The notes under the pieces: model-generated
What the model saw: the letters and a program-made list of their open reading frames with translations, nothing else
The model's database searches: none
What the model was told of the DNA's origin: nothing
Made by a program: the position numbers and the translations under genes
Part shown: positions 22,423 through 31,067 of the stretch, piece after piece
Position numbering within the stretch: the first letter of the stretch is position 1
Layout: the number at the start of each line of letters is the position of its first letter
Assembly: GCA_963749915.1 (NCBI GenBank)
Contig: CAVVOP010000022.1
Location: forward strand, 480,001-544,000
DNA from: an uncultured cyanobacterium
GTDB lineage: Bacteria; Cyanobacteriota; Cyanobacteriia; Cyanobacteriales; Cyanobacteriaceae
Length of the DNA stretch: 64,000 nt
Reading direction: 5' to 3'

Positions 22423-23761
22423 GGCTCTTCTACAGTGAGTATGACAAATTAAGTACAAAAACAAAGTCACAAAATGGTAAAATTTTACACAAGTGAAGCG
22501 ATCAGTTCTGATAAATAGATGCTACCTCGCTTTTAAACTATTAGGAAAATTAATCAAATTTTTAAATAAAACAATAATTTTTATCTTATGCCTTCTAATT
22601 CCTCTCTTCATCTTATCACTAAACTTATTAATTTTGAGGGAGTCAAAGCTACTGATTACCATTTTATTACTGACAACGAAATTTTAATTATATTATCGAA
22701 TCAAACATCAGAGTCAACTTGCCCTTATTGTCATACTATTACTAAAAAAATACACCAAGATCATTATTATCGAATTAGAGATATACCTTTGAGTGGTTAT
22801 GATGTGTTTTTAAATATTAACCGCCGTCAATTTCGATGTATTCATTGCCAGAAAATTTTTAGTGAAGAGTTAAATTTTGTCAAAAAAAGAAGGACTTATA
22901 CAACTAGATTGGCAGAGAAAGTAGTTAAGGAAGTGCTAGAAGGTGATATTTTAAACACTGCCAAAAGAAATGGAATAACTCCCAGAGAAATAGAAACCTT
23001 ATTAAAAGAAAAATCAGAGGATTTATTAGAAGAAAAACCAAAGGATTTAAAAAGATTAGGAATTGATGAAATAACTCAGTTAAAAGGAGGAAAGAATTAC
23101 GCCGCAGTGTTAGTGGATTTAGACAAAAAAAACCGATAGCAATTTTAGAAAACAGAAGTAAAGAGACAATCAGAAAATACCTGATAAGTTTAGGTTCTGA
23201 GGTATTAAATCAAATTGAAGAAGTCAGTATAGATTTGTGGATAGGATATAAAACTTTGGCATTGGAGTTAATGCCAAATGCAAACGTAGTAGCAGATAGA
23301 TTTCATGTAATGAAACAAATAAATGAAGAATTAGATCTGATGCGAAAAAAGCAAAAAAGGGCAGCTTCAGAAATCAAAAATGAAGTAGAAAAAGAGAAAT
23401 TAGAAGAAGTCAAAAAAGTAGCACCAGAGTTAATAATAATGTACGCAGAAAAAGAGGCATGGAGGGATATATTTGAAAGTGAAATAACAGCGGAAGAAGC
23501 ATTAGATAAAATAGCGGAATGGATGAAATCAGCACAGAAATATTTTCCCAAAAGTTGTCAAACAATAAGAAGATGGCTAGATGAAATATTAGGCTATTTT
23601 GACAACAGAACAAGTCAAGGTATAGTAGAAGGAATTAATCAAAAAATTAAGCTGATTAAGAGAAGAGCTTATGGCATGACAAATTTTGATAATTTTAGGC
23701 GAAGAATCTTATTAAATTGGTCTGTATCTTAAAAATGTATCATAGCTACTGTAGAAGAACC
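22423..23761 (+). mobile_element. ISL3-family element copy 2, both TIRs present, transposase frameshifted
   Basis: Left TIR GGCTCTTCTACAGTGAGTATGA; right TIR (reverse complement) GGTTCTTCTACAGTAGCTATGA; A8 instead of copy 1's A9 at about 23125-23132 splits the ORF into 22588-23139 and 23235-23732 (EGINQKIKLIKRRAYG). Confidence 0.93.
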
Positions 23762-23799
23762 ATAATTTTTAACTTTATTCAGCATCCAGTAGAATCATT

Positions 23800-23846
23800 C
23801 TGACACCTGACACCTGACACCTGACACCTGACACCTGACACCTGAC
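23800..23846 (+). repeat. Heptamer tandem repeat (CTGACAC)x6-7, STRR-like
   Basis: Perfect tandem ctgacac units. Confidence 0.9.
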
Positions 23847-23891
23847 TTCTAGTCTCACCAAAATCTCACAAATCAAAACTGATTGCTATAC

Positions 23892-25703
23892 TTACTTATA
23901 ATATTCAGCTTGGGTAGCAAATAGGTGGGCATAAGTACCCTGAAGTTTCATAAGTTCCTCATGAGTTCCACTCTCACTAATTGTGCCATTTTCCAGAACA
24001 AAAATACGATCTGTTAGCTTTACCGTAGAAAGACGGTGACTGATAATCAAAGTAGTTCGATTTTTGGCTAAATGACGAAATTTAGTTAGTACTTCCGCTT
24101 CTGCTTGGGGATCTAATGCACTGGTGGGTTCATCAAGAATAAGGATAGGACTTTTACGCAGATAAGCCCTAGCGATGGCAATTTTTTGCCATTCTCCGAT
24201 ACTTAATTCTTCTCCTCTTTCAAATTCGTGACCAAGAATAGTATCGTAACCATGAGGAAAACTGGCGATCATTTCTTCAACACCTGCGAAAGAGGCCGCT
24301 TGGCAAATATCCTGGGATTTATGTAGTAATCTCACATCCCCGAAGCCAATATTCTCTGTCACCGTAAGATTATAATGAGCATAATCTTGAAAAACAGCAC
24401 TAATTTGTTCCCGTAAAATTGAAGTATCGAATTGTCGTAGATCGATGCCGTCTATGGTAATATTACCATCGGTCGGGTCATAAAGACGGCATAACAGCTT
24501 AACGAGGGAACTTTTCCCCGCTCCATTTTTTCCCACAAGGGCAACGGTTTCCCCTGGCTTAATGGTAAAGTTAAGATCTTCCAACACGGGGCGAGAACTT
24601 TGAGCATAACAAAATTGAACGTTATGGAATTGAATTCCCACTTTCAACGGCTCAACAAAAGCACAAGGATGGCTAGGTTCTTCTACTGTCGGTTTTAAGT
24701 CGAGGAACTCATAGAAACTCGAAAGGAATAGACTGTTTTCATAAAGACTGGCTAAACTAGACAATGCTTCCCTCAATAAACTTTGACCCCTTTGAAATGC
24801 CTGATAATACATAACTAGGCTACCAATACTAATCTTCCCTTGAACCGTTTGGTGAGCAATAAAGCCAATAGAACCGAATACAGCCAGATTTCCACTCCAC
24901 TGGGTGATCACTTCTGCGAAAGAACGTTGAGTTGCCAGAGTTATTTTTTCTTTGCGAATAGAAGTGCGTAGTTGATTATATTGTTTGCGAAAACGAGAGC
25001 CTAAATTAAACAGGCGAATTTCTTTGGCATGAGTTTCGTGGGTAAGTAGCCAGTTAAAGTAATCTGCTAATCTTTGGTTTGGTGTCCATTCTCGCCAACG
25101 ACGGTAAAGTTTATCAGCATATTTAATTCGTATGATTAAACTAGGTACAACTGCAAGAAATAAGATAGTAACGATTCCCCAATGCAAAGATAAAAGTAAC
25201 AAGGAGATCGCCACTAGAGAAATTCCGCTTTGTCCTAGTTGGATCAACTGATTTAAAATTATTCTTGGACGATAAGGAGCTTCAGATTGGGCTCGATGTA
25301 AAGCGTCATAGAAAGAGTTATTTTCATAATACCCTAAGTCAACTTCGGTGGATTTAGCGTGGAGTAAATTTTGTACATCATCCGTTACAATTTCCGAGTG
25401 AGCCTCATTGACCACTGCCGACAAGGAACGAGACAAGTCAATAATCAGGGCAATAACAGCCGCAAAAACAATTAGCCCAATTATTTGCTTCATGTCACTG
25501 GTTTTAGTCTCTAAGCTCATAGTGACAGTGTCTATGATTTGTTTTGTTAGATACAGCGAGATAAGGGGAAGGAAACCTTGAACAAAGAGCAAACCAAAAG
25601 AAGCAATAGTTAGAGCGGAAGAGCTGTGCCAGGCAATTTCTACTGCTCGCCATAAAAAGAGTAAACGTTTGATTCTTTGCTTATTACGATAGTTGAAGGA
25701 CAA
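23892..25703 (-). CDS. ABC transporter, fused permease/ATPase (lasso cluster D/exporter)
   Basis: TM N-half; Walker A GKNGAGKS, LSIGEWQKIAIAR, LDEPTSALD, ISHRLST; divergent from the lasso operon. Confidence 0.9.
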   Translation of the reverse strand: MSFNYRNKQRIKRLLFLWRAVEIAWHSSSALTIASFGLLFVQGFLPLISLYLTKQIIDTVTMSLETKTSDMKQIIGLIVFAAVIALIIDLSRSLSAVVNEAHSEIVTDDVQNLLHAKSTEVDLGYYENNSFYDALHRAQSEAPYRPRIILNQLIQLGQSGISLVAISLLLLSLHWGIVTILFLAVVPSLIIRIKYADKLYRRWREWTPNQRLADYFNWLLTHETHAKEIRLFNLGSRFRKQYNQLRTSIRKEKITLATQRSFAEVITQWSGNLAVFGSIGFIAHQTVQGKISIGSLVMYYQAFQRGQSLLREALSSLASLYENSLFLSSFYEFLDLKPTVEEPSHPCAFVEPLKVGIQFHNVQFCYAQSSRPVLEDLNFTIKPGETVALVGKNGAGKSSLVKLLCRLYDPTDGNITIDGIDLRQFDTSILREQISAVFQDYAHYNLTVTENIGFGDVRLLHKSQDICQAASFAGVEEMIASFPHGYDTILGHEFERGEELSIGEWQKIAIARAYLRKSPILILDEPTSALDPQAEAEVLTKFRHLAKNRTTLIISHRLSTVKLTDRIFVLENGTISESGTHEELMKLQGTYAHLFATQAEYYK

Positions 25704-25770
25704 AATTTAACCGAACCTCACTATTTGCAATTAATATAGGATTTTACTTATTCTAGTAAAATTAATATTT

Positions 25771-26970
25771 ATGATGATGATGACTATAACTTCTAATCAC
25801 CCGCAAAAGTCAGAAATAGAGTTTTTATTGTGTTGTACCCAACCGGAGCTGACCACAACTCAAAAAGATCATTTGCTCCATCTTGGAAAACAAGAACTTG
25901 ACTGGTCATACTTAATTTCCTTTGCCTCTGAACATGGGCTTATGCCCTTACTTTATCGTCAACTTAAAGTCACATGCCCTGATATTGTCCCCGAAAAGAT
26001 ACTGATTCAGTTACGCCAATATTCTCTGGCTAAAACAGCAAGAAACATGGCTATGACAGCAGAATTGATCAGGATACTCAATCTTTGTAAAGATCAACAA
26101 ATCCCCATGCTCTCTTTTAAAGGACCTCTTCTTGCTCAACTTGCCTATGGAGATCTTAGTTTTCGGGAATTTGGGGATTTGGACTTACTAATTACTGAAT
26201 CTGAGTTACCTAAAGTTCATAAATTACTTTTAGCTCAGGGCTATCAACCCCTGTACAATATCAAAGATTCACAGATCGAAGTTTATGGAAAATTGCAACA
26301 CGAATTAGCCTACTCCCATGAAGCTAAAGGTATAATTATCGACTTACACTGGTCTATTGTGCACAAATATTTTTCTTTTTCTCCCTCATCTAAGTTTATT
26401 TGGTCAAAACTTGATCAGATCAACTTAAATAATCACAAAGTCGAAACTTTATCACTGGAAATCTTAATTGTTTTTTTATGTGCTCACTCAGCTAAACATG
26501 GTTGGTCAGATCTTTCCTTAATTTGTGAACTAGCCCATTTATTAAAACGCCATCCGCAAATTGATTGGGAAATAATCGAATCTTATATGGGAAATCTAGG
26601 AGGTCGAACTATGGTATTGCTGAGTCTGAGTTTAACTCAAACAATTTATGGAACAAATTTGCCCAAAAATATTTGTCAACAAATAATAAAATCTGAACCC
26701 ATTTTGACTAAACTTTCTGCCCAAGTTGAAGAACAAATCTTTTCCCCCAGAAATAAGCTATTAGATATTTTTTCCCCGAATTTTTTGTATTCTCAAAGTA
26801 TGGAATCTTGGCAAGACCGTTTTCTGTATTGGCTCAATGTTTCTACAACTCCTACTTCTATTGAGATGGAGGCAATTTCCTTACCAACAATTTTATTTCC
26901 CCTTTATTATCCGATCAGGATATTTAGACTAAGCTACAAGCACTTAAAAAAGTTTTTCATCAAAAATTAA
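25771..26970 (+). CDS. Nucleotidyltransferase family protein (NTP_transf_5-like), lasso-cluster tailoring enzyme
   Basis: FKGPLLA...YGD...REFGDLDLL, IDLHW, H.AKHGW motifs. Confidence 0.85.
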   Translation: MMMMTITSNHPQKSEIEFLLCCTQPELTTTQKDHLLHLGKQELDWSYLISFASEHGLMPLLYRQLKVTCPDIVPEKILIQLRQYSLAKTARNMAMTAELIRILNLCKDQQIPMLSFKGPLLAQLAYGDLSFREFGDLDLLITESELPKVHKLLLAQGYQPLYNIKDSQIEVYGKLQHELAYSHEAKGIIIDLHWSIVHKYFSFSPSSKFIWSKLDQINLNNHKVETLSLEILIVFLCAHSAKHGWSDLSLICELAHLLKRHPQIDWEIIESYMGNLGGRTMVLLSLSLTQTIYGTNLPKNICQQIIKSEPILTKLSAQVEEQIFSPRNKLLDIFSPNFLYSQSMESWQDRFLYWLNVSTTPTSIEMEAISLPTILFPLYYPIRIFRLSYKHLKKFFIKN

Positions 26971-27032
26971 CTTACCCAAACTTTGTTATATTAAAGGCGA
27001 AATAATTATAAATTAGTTTGAAGAATTAGATT

Positions 27033-27305
27033 ATGAAGGTAATGGTACCTGAGTCCGTTTTGGTGCAAAATTTAGATAATGAGTCAGTATTGCTGAATAT
27101 TGATACAGAGCAGTATTTTGGCTTGGATGATGTAGGCTCTCAGATGTGGGATCTTCTCAAAACCAGTGAATCAGTAGAAAATGCTACAGAAAAACTGCTA
27201 GAAATATACGATGCAGAAAAAGAACAATTGTACAAAGATTTACTGGAATTCATCGAAAAATTATCAGAACATGGTTTATTACAAATTATTAAAACGCGAG
27301 ATTAA
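27033..27305 (+). CDS. Lasso peptide B1 protein (PqqD-like RiPP recognition element)
   Basis: ESVLLNIDTEQYFGLDDVGSQMWDLL...LLEIYD...DLLEFIEKLSEHGLL. Confidence 0.93.
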   Translation: MKVMVPESVLVQNLDNESVLLNIDTEQYFGLDDVGSQMWDLLKTSESVENATEKLLEIYDAEKEQLYKDLLEFIEKLSEHGLLQIIKTRD

Positions 27306-27729
27306 TTCATTATTACAGTTATCTTCTCATGGGCGAAAATTACTGTTACAAGCTCTGATTTTATTCCCGTTAGTTCATCTTTCTCTAACATTAAAGGGAT
27401 TAAAACAAACTCAATCCTTGCTTGCTAATTTTGTTTCTAAAGCCCAAATTACTCCCCAAAAAAACACTGAGGTGGTTTGCTTTACGGAAAAAATAGTGGC
27501 CATCGCATCTCGCTACAGTCGTCCTTGGGGAAGCTGTTTGAGACGATCTCTTGTCTTATGGTTTTTGTTGCGCCGTGAAGGAGTTGAGAGTCAGTTACGC
27601 ATTGGGGTAAAACGAGAAAAAGACCAATTTTCCGCTCATGCTTGGGTAGAGTGGGACGGAGTTGTTTTAAATGACCAGTCCAACGTGGGAGATGAATTTG
27701 CTATGTTTGAAAATTTACGAGTTCTTTAA
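27271..27729 (+). CDS. Lasso peptide B2 leader protease (transglutaminase-like)
   Basis: SCLRRSLVL (Cys), LRIGV, FSAHAWVE (His); likely ATG at 27271 within track ORF 27211-27729. Confidence 0.93.
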   Translation: MVYYKLLKREINSLLQLSSHGRKLLLQALILFPLVHLSLTLKGLKQTQSLLANFVSKAQITPQKNTEVVCFTEKIVAIASRYSRPWGSCLRRSLVLWFLLRREGVESQLRIGVKREKDQFSAHAWVEWDGVVLNDQSNVGDEFAMFENLRVL

Positions 27730-27741
27730 TGACGATATCCT

Positions 27742-28719
27742 ATGGCTATATATAAATATAAATATGTTGATGTAATTTTTATAAGCAATATTTTTTTACC
27801 GAGCCTTTCTGTCATTAACGGGGATACTTTTGACTATATTTTCCAACTGGGATGCTCATCTTCTCGTAATAGAATATTTGGTGGTGACTGGATACACCAT
27901 TGGACTTTTGCCAATGAGGAAGTATGGCTTTCCTTAGGGAAAGAAGAAAATGAATACTATCTTAAATTTCCTGATATAGCTGACTTCTACTTCTCCCCCG
28001 AAAACAAGACCATTGATTGCTATGAGCAACCCGATATTTCCATCGAAACCATTAGGCACTTATTACTCAATGTAGTTATGCCTCTTGTTCTCACTTACAG
28101 AGGGAAATATTTTCTTCATGTAGGTGCCATAGATCTAAAAGAGATTGGAGTCGCTTTTCTGGGGAAATCAGGTTTTGGCAAATCAACTTTAACCACTAGC
28201 TTTGGGCAAAAAGGGTTTCCCATAATTACAGACGATTGTGTAGTTGTGGAGCAAGATCAAGATAAATTTACCCTTATGCCTGCACCCCCACAGTTGCGAT
28301 TATGGGATGAGTCCATCGATTTCTTATTTGCACAAAAAAAACCCCATTTATCTCGAGGAGTTAACTATACAAACAAAGCACACTTATATGAAGCGGATGC
28401 TATGGGGATTGTGTTTTCCAGTGAAATTGTTCCACTCGGGTGTATATACGTTCTCTGTTCCCCTGAATCGGTGGAAGAATTGGATACCACCATTGACATT
28501 AAGCGATTATCCTCAAGAGAAGCGATGTTTCACTTACTTGAGTCCGTATTTCGCTTCGACATTAGTGACAAATCAAGAGTGGCACAAGAGTTTGATTTCC
28601 TTAGTAAAATTGCACGCTCTGTACCTTGTTTCCATCTTCGTTATCCCAGAAATTTTAATCTTTTGTCCGAGGTACAATCAGCAGTCGTCGAGAACACTCT
28701 AAGGGAGATAAAAGTATGA
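27742..28719 (+). CDS. HPr-kinase-like P-loop kinase (lasso peptide kinase family)
   Basis: LHVGAI...FLGKSGFGKSTL...ITDD...PQLRLW. Confidence 0.85.
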   Translation: MAIYKYKYVDVIFISNIFLPSLSVINGDTFDYIFQLGCSSSRNRIFGGDWIHHWTFANEEVWLSLGKEENEYYLKFPDIADFYFSPENKTIDCYEQPDISIETIRHLLLNVVMPLVLTYRGKYFLHVGAIDLKEIGVAFLGKSGFGKSTLTTSFGQKGFPIITDDCVVVEQDQDKFTLMPAPPQLRLWDESIDFLFAQKKPHLSRGVNYTNKAHLYEADAMGIVFSSEIVPLGCIYVLCSPESVEELDTTIDIKRLSSREAMFHLLESVFRFDISDKSRVAQEFDFLSKIARSVPCFHLRYPRNFNLLSEVQSAVVENTLREIKV

Positions 28720-30635
28720 GTGGAATTGCAGGAGTTGTCCATTGGCATAGAGAACCAGTTAAATCCCATGAACTAGAACAAATGATAGTAAAACTACATC
28801 ATCGTGGACCCCATGGAAGAGGTATTTGGCTTGAGGGTTTTTGCGGTTTAGGTAATACACTGCTGTGGAATACTCCCGAATCCTTACAGGAAAAACTACC
28901 ATCGACCTCTGCTGAGGGAAATTTAGTCATTACCGCCGATGTTCGCCTAGATAACCGAGAGGAACTAATTGAGGCTCTAGGAATCACTAACAGCCATTCC
29001 TGGGAGGTTACTGACAGCGATCTAATTCTCGGTGCTTATCAAAAGTGGGGGCAAACTTGTCCGCAAAAATTACTCGGTGACTTTGCTTTTGCCATTTGGG
29101 ACTCCCGACAAGAGCAACTATTTTGTGCTAGGGATCATTTTGGCTGTAAACCTTTAATCTATTATCACTCAAATGGTATTTTCGCCTTTGCCTCAGAAGT
29201 TAAGGCTTTATTTTGTCTGGGAGACGTTCCTCGGCGTATTAATGAAGGGAGAATAGCCGATTTTTTGGTAATGACCCTAGAACGTATCGATAAAACTTCT
29301 ACTTTTTATGAAAATATTTTTAAATTGCCTCCTGCCCATACTTTGACCATCAATAGAGAGAAATGTTCTTTGGAGTGTTATTGGAATCTTGATAGCAGTA
29401 AGGAAATTCACTACTCATCAGATCAAGATTATGAAGACGCTTTTCTCGAAATCTTTACCGAGGCTGTAAGCTGTCGCCTCCGTAGTCATTCCTTAGTGGG
29501 TTCTATGCTCAGTGGGGGCATGGACTCCTCTTCGATTGTCTGTATTGCCCGTGAGCTTCTTTTGCAAAAAGGAGAATTACTCCATACCTTTTCTGGGGTT
29601 TCTGATGATAGACAAACCTGTTGTGAAAGTCCATTTATTGAGGCAATTCTTGGTTTGGGGGGGTTGAATGCGGAAGTAATTGGAGCAGATGAAGTGAAGT
29701 CTTTTTTACCAGATGTTCATAATTTATTCACACACACCGATGACTTATTTGACTTTCTCCTACATGGCATCACCTTAGTAACTTACAGTGCCGCCCACCG
29801 AAAAGGACTTCATGTGATGATGACTGGTTTAGACGGTGATTTAGTGGTTTCACAAAGGGAAATAATTTTGAGGAAGTTTTTACGCACAGGAAAGTTCAGT
29901 CGTGCTTATGAAGAAGCCCAAGCAATGACGAAGTTAAAAGGTTTATGGGGAGATAACTCCCCGACAAAATTACTCTGGAATGGTGGTTTAAAACCCCTCC
30001 TACCCCAGATTATCAAACAAAGTTGGCGGCTACTAAGCTCTAAAAAGAAAAACCAAGCAGATATTCAAAGCAGTCTTATTTCCGAGGAGTTTGCCCGACG
30101 GGTAAATTTAGAAGAACGCTTAGAAACTCTTTCCATAAATCTGGGAAAATATAAAGTGTTAAAAACAGCTAGAGAAGTTCATCAAAACTCCTTGGATGTT
30201 CCTAATCTCACCGTCGCCCTTGATAGATACGAAAGAGTTGCCGCATTCTATTCCATTGAACCGCGTCATCCCCTTCTCGATAAAAGATTGGTCGAGTTCT
30301 GTCTATCCCTTCCTGGTGAGCAAAAAGTTCGCCAAGGATGGACAAAATCCATTCTCAGAAGGGCAATGGTCGGGAAAGTGCCGGATTCCGTACGCTGGCG
30401 ACACGATTGTGATAATGTACAGCCTGCTTTTACAAAAAGTATGTTACGTCATCAACAAGAATATCTCCCAGATTGTATTGCTGAATGTGCTACTGAGTTA
30501 AAGGATTATGTTAATGTAAAAGAGCTTGAAAAACAGTACTTTCAGTGTTACGCCACAGAAACTGTTAACGAAGACGCAGGATGGAAAGTTTGGCCTACCG
30601 TCATCTTGGCTACGTGGCTTCGTGACCACAGGTAA
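28716..30635 (+). CDS. Lasso peptide cyclase (C protein, asparagine-synthetase-like)
   Basis: MSGIAG start (Ser in place of the catalytic Cys), RLDNREEL, ARDHFG.KPL, LSGGMDSS, EPRHPLLDKRLVEFC, KSILRRAM. Confidence 0.93.
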   Translation: MSGIAGVVHWHREPVKSHELEQMIVKLHHRGPHGRGIWLEGFCGLGNTLLWNTPESLQEKLPSTSAEGNLVITADVRLDNREELIEALGITNSHSWEVTDSDLILGAYQKWGQTCPQKLLGDFAFAIWDSRQEQLFCARDHFGCKPLIYYHSNGIFAFASEVKALFCLGDVPRRINEGRIADFLVMTLERIDKTSTFYENIFKLPPAHTLTINREKCSLECYWNLDSSKEIHYSSDQDYEDAFLEIFTEAVSCRLRSHSLVGSMLSGGMDSSSIVCIARELLLQKGELLHTFSGVSDDRQTCCESPFIEAILGLGGLNAEVIGADEVKSFLPDVHNLFTHTDDLFDFLLHGITLVTYSAAHRKGLHVMMTGLDGDLVVSQREIILRKFLRTGKFSRAYEEAQAMTKLKGLWGDNSPTKLLWNGGLKPLLPQIIKQSWRLLSSKKKNQADIQSSLISEEFARRVNLEERLETLSINLGKYKVLKTAREVHQNSLDVPNLTVALDRYERVAAFYSIEPRHPLLDKRLVEFCLSLPGEQKVRQGWTKSILRRAMVGKVPDSVRWRHDCDNVQPAFTKSMLRHQQEYLPDCIAECATELKDYVNVKELEKQYFQCYATETVNEDAGWKVWPTVILATWLRDHR

Positions 30636-30652
30636 AATTACTTAGTGAGTTA

Positions 30653-30681
30653 TTGACATATACATAATTAAATAATATGAT
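30653..30681 (+). promoter_or_regulatory. Near-consensus sigma70 promoter for the lasso precursor gene
   Basis: TTGACA (30653-58), 17 bp, TATGAT (30676-81), 36 bp upstream of the precursor ATG. Confidence 0.7.
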
Positions 30682-30717
30682 TACGGTCGTCAACGTATTC
30701 AAAAAAATTTTCTTCCA

Positions 30718-30849
30718 ATGAAAAACCAAAATCTCAAAAAATATCACCCTCCTAAACTGGAAATTTATGGTAATGTTTCTAAACTGACTCAGGGTGGTAG
30801 TTCAGGTACCCCGGAAACAGCCATGAATCCCATAGGGGCACGACCATAA
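30718..30849 (+). CDS. Lasso peptide precursor (A), 43 aa, not in ORF track
   Basis: Translated by hand: MKNQNLKKYHPPKLEIYGNVSKLTQ-GGSSGTPETAMNPIGARP*; YxxPxL leader motif, G..V..LT, Thr at -2, Gly1, Glu8. Confidence 0.93.
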   Translation: MKNQNLKKYHPPKLEIYGNVSKLTQGGSSGTPETAMNPIGARP

Positions 30850-31067
30850 ATTTAGCTCAAATGCAATCATAGTCTTTAATCTGGTCAAAACTGTTAGGGC
30901 GTTTTTATCTTCGAAAGGAAATACTACTGTTGATGAACATAGACTTTCTCGGCCTGTTTCTGAACTGGTAAGTTTTTGTTGATAAATCACATTACCCTAA
31001 CGACCAGATCTTAATAATAAATATTATTTTGTCTAAGTTTGTTCATAATTCTCAATCTATCAAAATT

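Noticed and set aside
23800..23846. Tandem repeats (also 17179, 40811, 60490) as a possible CRISPR array
   Set aside because: 7-bp units with no spacers are ordinary cyanobacterial STRR-type repeats; no cas genes in the window
28716..30635. Housekeeping asparagine synthetase AsnB
   Set aside because: The N-terminal catalytic Cys is replaced by Ser, and the B1/B2/precursor context identifies a lasso cyclase
30802..30990. 62-aa minus-strand ORF overlapping the precursor
   Set aside because: Antisense to a much better supported lasso precursor; no recognisable motif
30850..31067. Second lasso precursor
   Set aside because: No ORF with a YxxPxL/T-x-G pattern found here or in the other intergenic gaps of the cluster
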